Origin: Trueperaceae bacterium | Lineage (GTDB): Bacteria > Deinococcota > Deinococci > Deinococcales > Trueperaceae | DNA length: 64,000 nucleotides | Assembly: GCA_965213925.1 (NCBI GenBank) | Contig: OZ243927.1 | Coordinates: 512,001 to 576,000, forward strand | Direction: 5' to 3' | Shown here: positions 40,277-48,788 of the stretch, piece after piece | Layout: every line of letters starts with the position of its first letter | Position numbering within the stretch: the stretch's first letter is position 1 | Position numbers and translations under genes: made by a program | Notes under the pieces: generated by a model | Databases searched by the model: none | The model's input: only the letters and a program-made list of their open reading frames with translations | Told to the model about the DNA's origin: nothing

Positions 40277-41263
40277 TTATGTCCGCCACTTTTCGGGGAA
40301 CCGCGTCCTCGGAAAAATCTCCTTCGCCTCCGCCAAGAGCGTCCCCCACCCCTGCGCCTGGTAACGGTCCGAGACGTGGATCAGCACAAGCTCACCGACC
40401 TCCGCTCGCGCCGCTAACTTTGCCACCTGCACCGAGGTCAGGTGGTAACGCTGCGTCGCCAACACTAAGTCCTCATGGCGGTAGTGGCTCTCACAGATGA
40501 GCATCGTACAACCCCGCAAGAACTCAGTCAACCTGTCTTCCGCATCTCCTACCATGCCGAAATCGGTCAAATACGCCACTGACTCGCCCGGCGTCTCGGT
40601 GAGGAGTTCGGCTCGGAGTCGCTCCGGACTCACACCTTCTGGTCCACGCCGCGCCGCCTCGTCCAAGCGTCCTTCTTTAAGGTCTTGGAGCCAGGGTCCA
40701 GGCGGCAAGCCCGACGCCTTGAGCTTCGCTTTGTCGAGGTTGAGGCGGGGTTTCTCGCGTACTAAGTACCCCACAGAGGGCGTGTGATGGTCTAAATGAA
40801 CCCCTTCGACGCTAAAGTGTTCGGTCTCGAGCACAGTTCCCGTAAAAGGCCGCGTGACGACCTCTTGTACGCACTCGAAACCGTCTCTCGTCGCAAGGCG
40901 AATCTGCTCGACCTCTTTTTGGTGAATATCGCCAACCCACCACGTCCCTTTCTGCCCCTTGTAGTTCCACATAAACCCCTGCGTCCGGTGATGGATGATG
41001 CGCCCCGTCTCGGGCGGTCCCCACACGTAAACGGGCTCGCGGCGGTTGAAGTTCAGGCGGAAAAACCCGTCGAAGCCGCTCACGTGGTCCATGTGCAGGT
41101 GCGAAAAGAAGAGGTGCTCTGTCGCGCGGAGTTCGGAGGTATCGGCAAAACGGAGGCAGTCGCCGCAGTCGAACAAGAGGCGGTACGTTTCTTGTCCGCT
41201 CTCTACTTTGACGAAAAGCGCGTTGTCGTCGCCGGGGATGCCTAAAACTTGAGGCTTAATCAC
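40277..41263 (-). CDS. RNase Z-like metallo-beta-lactamase-fold hydrolase
   Basis: LFDCG, SHLHMDH, HHTPSVGY, exosite-like GLPPGP arm, YLTD, CES, YHLT, LIHVS. Confidence 0.85.
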   Translation of the reverse strand: MIKPQVLGIPGDDNALFVKVESGQETYRLLFDCGDCLRFADTSELRATEHLFFSHLHMDHVSGFDGFFRLNFNRREPVYVWGPPETGRIIHHRTQGFMWNYKGQKGTWWVGDIHQKEVEQIRLATRDGFECVQEVVTRPFTGTVLETEHFSVEGVHLDHHTPSVGYLVREKPRLNLDKAKLKASGLPPGPWLQDLKEGRLDEAARRGPEGVSPERLRAELLTETPGESVAYLTDFGMVGDAEDRLTEFLRGCTMLICESHYRHEDLVLATQRYHLTSVQVAKLAARAEVGELVLIHVSDRYQAQGWGTLLAEAKEIFPRTRFPEKWRT

Positions 41264-41266
41264 CCC

Positions 41267-41804
41267 TTAGTTTAAGCGGAAATGCGCCAAAATAACGTCA
41301 ACCGTTTCGGAGACGCTCAACGCCCCAGAATCTAAAACCAGCCAGTTCGCAGCTTTATAGGCTTCTAAATCGTGCGCCTTATAGACCGACGCAATAACAC
41401 GGTACAGAACAGCCGTATGGAACGGTTTGTTCTTTCGGTTAGTATTGCGCCTCTGCGCAACCTCGATGTCGGGGCGGAGCAGCACTTTACACACAGGCGT
41501 AGACAGGTTCTGCTCAAGCTTCGCAGCATTTTCAGGGTCAATCACATCATCAATTGCAACAGTAAACCCCGCTTGAGCATAGATACCTGCAAGTTGCGCG
41601 GCTGAACGGCGTGCGAGCGCGAACTGACGTTCTGATTCAGGGGTCAACTCGGGCACAGGATGCGCGATACCCGACACAACCCATTCGCGTAAATCGTCAA
41701 CGGGCACGTGCAATCCGAAGTCGAAGCGCTTGCATTAGGGCTTTTGCAACAGTAGATTTGCCGCTACCTGGTGTGCCAGATAGGATGAACACGGGTATAC
41801 TCAC
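41267..41804 (-). pseudogene. P-loop kinase (AAA_33-like) with a one-base frameshift near 41730
   Basis: GTG 41804 gives SIPVFILSGTPGSGKSTVAKALMQ; the continuation RFDFGLHVPVDDLREW is in another frame; span is 538 nt (3n+1). Confidence 0.75.
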
Positions 41805-41847
41805 CGCTTGATGCTAAATAGTGCGGGCAAGTTTAGATTGAGCCAGA

Positions 41848-42141
41848 TTACGACTGTAAGCGCGACTGCGCCTTGGCGCAGCGGACGCTACCGTACGAAC
41901 AGTAGACGCAGCATTCCCAGCTTTGGGGCTCTAAAACGGCGTCACACTCGGTGCAGGTGTAACTCAGTTTGACGGTGTGTTTGGGGATGGACTCGAGCTT
42001 GCTACACCCACAGCTTGGACAAGTAACAATCGACCATAACGACACGTTCGGCGCGACCTTCGGCGCACGTCTGAGTTCGATGCGCTTTCGGCTTCTCGCC
42101 GTCAAGCGCTTGACCGCTGGAAATAAGGTGCTTAGGGTCAT
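41848..42141 (-). CDS. GDCCVxC-domain-like small Cys-rich protein
   Basis: SIVTCPSCG...YTCTEC...ECCVYCSYGSVRC. Confidence 0.7.
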   Translation of the reverse strand: MTLSTLFPAVKRLTARSRKRIELRRAPKVAPNVSLWSIVTCPSCGCSKLESIPKHTVKLSYTCTECDAVLEPQSWECCVYCSYGSVRCAKAQSRLQS

Positions 42142-42219
42142 AGAATATGATACTTCACGGCGCTCATAGGTGTGGGCGTGGTCGTCACGTTTTGGGGACA
42201 CAGAAGCAGGACTGAGGTG

Positions 42220-42267
42220 AAAGGACTGAGTACTGAGTGAAAAGCAAAACTCAGTACTCAGTCCTTT
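42220..42267. repeat. Heptamer-based perfect 19-bp inverted repeat
   Basis: aaaggactgagtactgagt / actcagtactcagtccttt; related to 54512-54602. Confidence 0.7.
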
Positions 42268-42357
42268 TCTCTTTCAACTCTTTGGGAAACACAATTCCAT
42301 CCCCTCTCCCTTTAGACTTGCGTCATGACTCAACCGACAAGCCCCTTAGGGGTCAAA

Positions 42358-43308
42358 ATGTTCGACGCGCATATCGGCAACACGCCCATCGTCAAACTCG
42401 CAAAAGTGGTAGGTCCGGAGATGGCGGAGGTGTGGATCAAGTTGGAGGGACAAAACCCCGCTGGCTCCATCAAAGACCGCACCGCGCTCGGGATGATTCA
42501 GGACGCCGAGGAAAGAGGCATCTTGACGCCCGGCAGCGGTCAGACCATCATCGAGCCAACCAGCGGCAATACGGGCATCGGGCTAGCCTTTTTATCCGCT
42601 GTGCGCGGCTACCGCTGCATCATCGTCCTGCCCGACTCGATGAGCATGGAGCGGCAGAAAACCTTAGAGGCGTACGGCGCAGAGCTGGAATTCACCCCCG
42701 GCGAGGAGCGGATGCAAGGGGCGATTCCCCGCGCTCAAGAACTCGCCGAGGAGATGGGCGCGTGGATGCCCTCACAGTTCGACAACCCCGCCAACCCGCG
42801 CTACCACCACCGCGTCACCGGACCGGAGATGTGGCGGCAGATGCAGGGGCGCATCGACGCCTTCGTGTGGGCGTCGGGGACGGGCGGCTCGATCAGCGGC
42901 GTCGGGCGTTACCTCAAGGAGCAAAACCCGAACATCAAGGTCTACGCCGTCGAACCTGCGCGGAGCGCGGTCATCAACGGTCATGAGAAAGGTTCGCACA
43001 AGTTTCAGGGGATGGGACCGGGCTTTATTCCCGGCAACTTGGACGTGGACCTCTTGGACGGAGCCATCATGGTGTACGAAGAGGACGCCTTTCCGCTGGC
43101 GCGGCGGCTTGCACGCGAAGAGGGCATCTTCATCGGCATGTCATCGGGCGCGACGGTCTGGGCGGCGCTAGAGGTTGCGAAGGACTTAGGACCGGGCAAA
43201 GTCGTAGTGTGCATCGCGGCGGATACAGCGGCGCGGTACGTGAGCACAGAACTCTTCAGAGATGAAGAAGAGGCGGAAGAGGTGAGTCGTCCGGCGGGGC
43301 TGGCGTAA
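42358..43308 (+). CDS. cysK: Cysteine synthase A
   Basis: IGNTP, NPAGSIKDR (PLP Lys), EPTSGNTG, QFDNPAN, GTGGS, GMSSGA. Confidence 0.93.
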   Translation: MFDAHIGNTPIVKLAKVVGPEMAEVWIKLEGQNPAGSIKDRTALGMIQDAEERGILTPGSGQTIIEPTSGNTGIGLAFLSAVRGYRCIIVLPDSMSMERQKTLEAYGAELEFTPGEERMQGAIPRAQELAEEMGAWMPSQFDNPANPRYHHRVTGPEMWRQMQGRIDAFVWASGTGGSISGVGRYLKEQNPNIKVYAVEPARSAVINGHEKGSHKFQGMGPGFIPGNLDVDLLDGAIMVYEEDAFPLARRLAREEGIFIGMSSGATVWAALEVAKDLGPGKVVVCIAADTAARYVSTELFRDEEEAEEVSRPAGLA

Positions 43309-43356
43309 ATTACATAGACCGCAAGACTACGTCGTTCTGAAGGAAGTCTTTTAAGG

Positions 43357-43426
43357 GAGCAATGAGTGAAACCCTTTAGATCCATTGCTCACCGTTCGTC
43401 CAGCTTGACTGGATTGCTCATTGCTC
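43357..43426 (+). repeat. Family C 24-bp mini-element within attgctc heptamer hairpin
   Basis: gagcaatgag...cattgctc accgttcgtccagcttgactgg attgctc attgctc. Confidence 0.8.
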
Positions 43427-43613
43427 CGCACACCCGAACCGAAACTCGTAGTCAACCTCTCCTCACATCCCCTCAAATATTAGCCCCCGTCCCTTTTCAC
43501 AAAGTCGCCTAAGCGAGTAGAGTACGGGTGAATAGACCTGTAGAGGAAGTAGACGCATGGCGGGACCTGCTCCTATGCGCTTTTGTGGGTCTTTGGCAGA
43601 AGGGACTAAACCT

Positions 43614-45053
43614 GTGACGATAACTGTAAATGAACGTTACGAGCGCGTTAAAGAGACCCTAGAAACCCACGACCAAACGCACCTCTTGACCTTTTATGGC
43701 GAGTTGAATCAAGAGGAGCAGGCGTCGCTCTTGGAGCAAATCGAAGCGCACGACTGGGACGAAATCGCCGAGCTGATTCAGAGTCACGTCTTAAACGAGC
43801 CCGACGACGGCATTCCTGACGTGGACGACATCGAGCCGCCCCCTTACTATCCTTTAGCGCCAAATGACGAACTCAAGAGTAAGTACGAAGAGGCGTACAA
43901 AAAAGGTGAAGACCTCTTGAGAGAGGGTAAAGTTGCCGCCTTCACCGTCGCAGGCGGACAAGGTACACGCCTCGGTTGGGACGGTCCCAAAGGCACCTTT
44001 CCCGCCACGCCAGTGAACGGCAAACCGCTCTTTCAGGTCTTTGCAGAATATATTCAGAAGGTGCAAAAGGATTACGACACCACGGTGCCTTGGTACGTGA
44101 TGACGAGTCCCATCAACGACGAGGCGACTCGAGAGTTCTTCCAAGAGCACGACTTTTTCGGGTTGGATAAGGCGAACGTCACCTTCTTTTCGCAAGGGAC
44201 GATGACGAGTATTGGGCGGGACGGCAAGGTGCTCCTAGCGGGCAAAGGTACGCTCGCAGAGAACCCCGATGGACACGGCGGCAGCTTAAAAGCGCTCTAC
44301 AAGAGTGGCGCGGTGGACGATATGGAAGAGCGCGGCGTCACGCAAATCAGCTACTTTCAGGTGGACAACCCCAATGTGAAGTGTTTAGACCCGCTCTTCA
44401 TCGGACTGCACGCGCTAGACGGCGCGGGCATGTCCTCGAAGATGTTGGAAAAAGTCGGACCTAAGGAGAAAGTCGGTAACTTCGTGCAGGTGGACGGGCG
44501 CATCCAGATTATCGAATACTCGGACATCCCCGATGAACTCGCTGAGGCTCGAGATGAGGACGGCTCACTGCAATTCAACGCGGGCTCGATCGCCATTCAC
44601 GTCATTTCGGTAGATTTCGTGAAGCAGCTCAACGAGGGAGAAGGCGGCTTCGCGCTGCCCTTTCACCGGGCGGATAAGGCGGTGCCGCACCTCGATTTAG
44701 AGACGGGCGAGCGCACCGAGCCGGACGAGCCCAACGCGGTCAAGCTCGAGATGTTCGTCTTCGACGCCCTGCCCCTAGCCGAGACGAGCATCATCCTAGA
44801 AACCGACCGCGTGGAGGAATTCGCGCCCATTAAAAACGCCGAAGGCGACGACTCGCCCGCCACGAGCCGCCAGTTGCAGAGCCAGCGGGCGGGGCGATGG
44901 CTGCGTCAGCACGGGGTTGAGATTCCGCTTAACGAAGATGACAATGTGGACGCAACCATTGAGCTGAGCCCCTTGACGGCGATTAGACCGAGTGACCTGG
45001 AGAACGCCGACTTACCGAAAGAGGTCAGGCAAGGAGAAGAGGTAGCGCTGTAG
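43614..45053 (+). CDS. UDPGP-type-1 family UDP-N-acetylhexosamine pyrophosphorylase (eukaryote UAP1-like)
   Basis: AGGQGTRLG..GPKG, MTS, NPDGHGG, QVDN, IIEYSD, KLEMFVFD, EEFAPIKNA; GTG start after RBS agaaggga. Confidence 0.9.
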   Translation: MTITVNERYERVKETLETHDQTHLLTFYGELNQEEQASLLEQIEAHDWDEIAELIQSHVLNEPDDGIPDVDDIEPPPYYPLAPNDELKSKYEEAYKKGEDLLREGKVAAFTVAGGQGTRLGWDGPKGTFPATPVNGKPLFQVFAEYIQKVQKDYDTTVPWYVMTSPINDEATREFFQEHDFFGLDKANVTFFSQGTMTSIGRDGKVLLAGKGTLAENPDGHGGSLKALYKSGAVDDMEERGVTQISYFQVDNPNVKCLDPLFIGLHALDGAGMSSKMLEKVGPKEKVGNFVQVDGRIQIIEYSDIPDELAEARDEDGSLQFNAGSIAIHVISVDFVKQLNEGEGGFALPFHRADKAVPHLDLETGERTEPDEPNAVKLEMFVFDALPLAETSIILETDRVEEFAPIKNAEGDDSPATSRQLQSQRAGRWLRQHGVEIPLNEDDNVDATIELSPLTAIRPSDLENADLPKEVRQGEEVAL

Positions 45054-45084
45054 GGCTCGAGACCCTTCAAATTATAAGAACAAA

Positions 45085-45116
45085 GAAGAGGTCGAGCCGC
45101 GCGGCTCGACCTCTTC
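45085..45116. terminator. Perfect 32-bp palindrome between convergent genes (bidirectional terminator candidate)
   Basis: gaagaggtcgagccgc|gcggctcgacctcttc. Confidence 0.65.
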
Positions 45117-45147
45117 CTATTGCGTACTTTAGCTAAACCGCTGACGC

Positions 45148-46074
45148 TTACTCGATTGTAGCGACGTTGAACTTGGCGGTTCTCGAGCGGGTATCGTAAT
45201 CGTTCGTTTCTGTCCCTACGTACTGCTTGCCGTCGGTCAAAACGACCGAAACCGAAGCGATGTCTGAAAAAGCGACACCCTCCTCGAGGTTAAGCTCCTC
45301 CGACGACGCGGAGAATGTAAGCGTATTTGCGTTACCGTCCGTGAAGAACGCTTCGCCAGCGTTGAGCTTTGCCATGACTGCGCCTGTCTCGTAGTTTCTA
45401 AGGACATCAGCGTAGCCGATCCAGTCTCCAGCTTCGTTATAGAACCAGAGCCAACCGCTGTAGATGGTGGCGTCGTCGACTAAAAACTCGACATCTAAAG
45501 TTGACGCTTGAGAGTCGAGCGTTGCGTTTGTAATCGTAGCTCGCTTCGGCAGAGCGACGTAGTTACTGGGTGAATTCGCCGCGCCACTATAGTCTTCTGT
45601 GTACGCGAACTCATAGCCCTCCGTCGTCCTTGACCCCGGCGCAGGTACAAAAAGCGTTTTTCTCGCTGTGTTACCGTTTTTCAGGGTGACTTCGACGGTG
45701 TAGTTGCCGAGTTCGACAGATGCGCCGCTATCTAAGCTTGTAGAGTACATATTGCCCATGGGGTACCAGTTCTCTTCGCTATCGTACCATTTCACGAAAT
45801 CGCTAGCTTCGTCCGACCAGGTTCGACCTGTTGGGCTCGTTATCCGAATAGACGCGAAGTCCGTAGCTTCTAAGCCCGTATCAGCAAAAGTAACCGAAGC
45901 CCACAGGAACGCGCTCACACCATTGGCGTCTTGACTGGGGTCGTCATTTTTAATAACCCAGCCGAACTTCTCTATATCGACCTGTTTTTTGGGAGCGTCT
46001 GCTCCGCCACACGCTACGAGAAGGACCGCAAGTGCGAGCGCAGCGATGACGATGATTTTCTTACGCATTAACAT
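45148..46074 (-). CDS. Hypothetical acidic beta-rich lipoprotein
   Basis: RKK + hydrophobic stretch + LVAC lipobox; RBS ggaggg. Confidence 0.75.
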   Translation of the reverse strand: MLMRKKIIVIAALALAVLLVACGGADAPKKQVDIEKFGWVIKNDDPSQDANGVSAFLWASVTFADTGLEATDFASIRITSPTGRTWSDEASDFVKWYDSEENWYPMGNMYSTSLDSGASVELGNYTVEVTLKNGNTARKTLFVPAPGSRTTEGYEFAYTEDYSGAANSPSNYVALPKRATITNATLDSQASTLDVEFLVDDATIYSGWLWFYNEAGDWIGYADVLRNYETGAVMAKLNAGEAFFTDGNANTLTFSASSEELNLEEGVAFSDIASVSVVLTDGKQYVGTETNDYDTRSRTAKFNVATIE

Positions 46075-46252
46075 AGACGAAGTACCCTCCAAAAGTACGT
46101 CTATCACGATAAGTGAGACCTTTTGCTTCAGGTATAAAAAATCCCGCAGGTATTCAAGGTGGAAAATGAGGTGAGAGATTTGTCACAGGTTTGTTACTTG
46201 GCAGCGCCCTATCTCTCACCTAAAAGGTCTATCTTGTTTGCAGGAGGACACC

Positions 46253-46879
46253 ATGAAACTAGGCATCATCGGCGCGGGCAATATCGGCGCGACCTTGGCG
46301 GGACTGTTTGCTAAGGCAGGTCATGAGGTGGCTCTAAGTAACTCTCGAGGTCCCGAAACCCTACAAGATTTAGTCGCGGACCTGAATAAAAACGCCGAGG
46401 GTGAGGTGCAAGCGATGACGGCTGAGGACGCGGCGGCGTCCGGTGATATCGTGATTGAAGCCATCCCTTTCGGGCACTACCGAGACTTACCCAAAGAGGA
46501 ACTGGAGGGTAAAACCCTCATCAGCGCCTCGAACTACTATCCAGGGCGTGACGGCGAGATGGAGTTTAACGGGCACACCCAGACTGGGCTTATCGCGTCG
46601 TATTTATCTGGTACTTCTGTGGTTAAAGCGTTTAACACGATCTACTGGGAGCATCTGCGCGACCAGGGCGATACGTCTAAACCTATAGACGAGCGGCGCG
46701 TCATCTTCCTAGCGGGGGACGACGCAGCGGCGAAGCGAGAGGTTGCTGACCTTGTTAAAGAGGTCGGCTTTGGTCCATTTAACACGGGCGCGTTGAGCGA
46801 GAGCGGCGTGCAAGAGCCGGGCGCGGATATTTACAATACGGATATGACGGTGGCGGAGGCGAGAGAGAGGCTCGAGTAG
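46253..46879 (+). CDS. NADP-dependent oxidoreductase, F420_oxidored family
   Basis: GIIGAGNIG, SNSRGP, SNYYPGRDG, VVKAFNTI. Confidence 0.9.
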   Translation: MKLGIIGAGNIGATLAGLFAKAGHEVALSNSRGPETLQDLVADLNKNAEGEVQAMTAEDAAASGDIVIEAIPFGHYRDLPKEELEGKTLISASNYYPGRDGEMEFNGHTQTGLIASYLSGTSVVKAFNTIYWEHLRDQGDTSKPIDERRVIFLAGDDAAAKREVADLVKEVGFGPFNTGALSESGVQEPGADIYNTDMTVAEARERLE

Positions 46880-47123
46880 AATCTGAGAGATTGGCAGTGA
46901 CGCTATCTGGAATGACGTTGATGTCAAAGCAAGGGGTTTCAACCCCTTGTTCACCACATAGAGGTAGCAGCAGGAGCACATAGCAGCGTTCGACTTAGAA
47001 CCACTACCCTGAGAGGTCCGCGCCACGTAAGCGTGCTTGCAGACGCGCAGCATGTCTTTAGAAAATGCTTGAAGTAATCTGCTATCATTCCGCAACGAAC
47101 CCAACAGCGTAGGAGGACAAAAG

Positions 47124-48788
47124 GTGGCGAGCAAACCCGTCATATTGACCGTAGACGACGACCCCCAAGTGCTGGGCGCGGTGGCCAGGGACCTGCGCCG
47201 CCGCTACAGCGACGACTACCGCGTCGTGCGCTCCGACTCGGGGCAAGGTGCGTTAGACGCCGTGCAGGAGTTCAAAACGAGGGGCACACCCGTCGCTTTA
47301 CTCCTAGCGGACCAGCGGATGCCGCAGATGGACGGCGTGGCGTTCCTAAGCGAAGCGATGAAACTTTTCCCCGACGCCAAACGCGCTCTTTTGACCGCTT
47401 ACGCCGACACCGACGCGGCGATCAGCGCGATCAACCAGAGCAAAATTCACCACTACCTCTTGAAACCGTGGGACCCGCCCCAGGAGAAGCTCTACCCGGT
47501 CTTAGACGACCTTTTAAGCGACTGGCAGGCGGGCTACCGTCCGCCCTTTACGGGCATCCGCATCGTCGGCGACAGGTGGTCGCCCGACGGACACACGCTC
47601 CGCGACTTTTTAGCGCGCAACCAGGTGCCGTACCGCTGGCTGGACGTCGAGACGGACGACGAGGCGAAGACGCTCGTCGAAGGCGAGCACATCGAGCCAG
47701 AAAGACTCCCGCTCGTCATCTTTGAGGACGGGGAGAGGTTGGAAAAGCCGACGCCCTTAGAACTCGCCCGCAAAGCCGGGCTCAACACGGAGGCGGCGAA
47801 CGAGTTCTACGACCTCATCATCGTGGGCGCGGGTCCGGCGGGCTTAGCGTCGGGCGTGTACGGCGCGTCCGAAGGGCTTAAAGTTGCCGTTTTGGACAGC
47901 GAAGCGCCAGGGGGTCAAGCGGGCACGTCGAGCCGCATCGAGAACTATTTAGGCTTTCCCGTCGGGCTTTCGGGGGGTGACTTGGCGCGGCGCGGCGTCG
48001 CGCAAGCGCGTAAATTCGGCGCGGAATTCATCACGCCGCAGCAAGTCGTCGAAGTCGGGCTGAAAGACAACTACAAGCTCGTCAAGTTGGACAGCGGCGC
48101 TGAAATCACCGCGCACGCGCTCGTCGTGGCGACGGGCGTGCAGTACCGTAAGCTAGACGCGCCCGGTATGGACACGCTCACGGGCGCGGGCGTTTACTAC
48201 GGCTCCTCGATTGCCGAAGCCGTGGCGTGCGAAGGCGAAGACGTCTATATCGTCGGCGCGGGCAACTCGGCGGGGCAAGCGGCGCTCTACTTGGCAGGCT
48301 TCGCGAGGAGCGTGACGCTTCTGGTGCGTGGGGGCGACTTGGAGTCCAAAATGTCGAACTACCTCGTTACGCGCATCTACGACGCGGAGACGATTCATGT
48401 GTCGCTCAACACCGAAGTCGAGGCGGTGCACGGCGACTCGAGGTTAGAAGCCATCACCGTGAATTGCAACGGCAACAAGGTCAAGAAACCGACCTCCGCG
48501 CTGTTCATCTTCATCGGCGCGTCGCCCTCGACGGACTGGCTGGGCGACAAGGTCAAGCGCGACGCGAAGGGCTTTGTTTACACCGGACCCGACGTAATGG
48601 AGGACGGCAAACCGCCCGCGGACTGGCTTTTAGAGCGTGATCCCTTTCTCCTAGAGACGAACGTGCCGGGCATCTTCGCCTCGGGTGACGTACGGCACGG
48701 CTCGGTTAAGCGCGTCGCCTCGGCGGTGGGCGAGGGCTCCATTGCGGTGCAGTTTATCCATCAGTATTTAGCGGACGTGGGCGCATGA
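47124..48788 (+). CDS. Receiver domain-glutaredoxin-like-thioredoxin reductase-like fusion flavoprotein
   Basis: VDDD, LADQRMP, LTAYAD, KPW (REC); GAGPAG, GGQAGTSSRIENYLGF, GAGNSAGQ, GDVR. Confidence 0.92.
   Translation: MASKPVILTVDDDPQVLGAVARDLRRRYSDDYRVVRSDSGQGALDAVQEFKTRGTPVALLLADQRMPQMDGVAFLSEAMKLFPDAKRALLTAYADTDAAISAINQSKIHHYLLKPWDPPQEKLYPVLDDLLSDWQAGYRPPFTGIRIVGDRWSPDGHTLRDFLARNQVPYRWLDVETDDEAKTLVEGEHIEPERLPLVIFEDGERLEKPTPLELARKAGLNTEAANEFYDLIIVGAGPAGLASGVYGASEGLKVAVLDSEAPGGQAGTSSRIENYLGFPVGLSGGDLARRGVAQARKFGAEFITPQQVVEVGLKDNYKLVKLDSGAEITAHALVVATGVQYRKLDAPGMDTLTGAGVYYGSSIAEAVACEGEDVYIVGAGNSAGQAALYLAGFARSVTLLVRGGDLESKMSNYLVTRIYDAETIHVSLNTEVEAVHGDSRLEAITVNCNGNKVKKPTSALFIFIGASPSTDWLGDKVKRDAKGFVYTGPDVMEDGKPPADWLLERDPFLLETNVPGIFASGDVRHGSVKRVASAVGEGSIAVQFIHQYLADVGA

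Noticed and set aside
46930..46949. caaggggtt-tc-aaccccttg hairpin as a REP/IS200 end
   Set aside because: Only one clear copy (10940 is loosely similar) and no tnpA; may be a terminator
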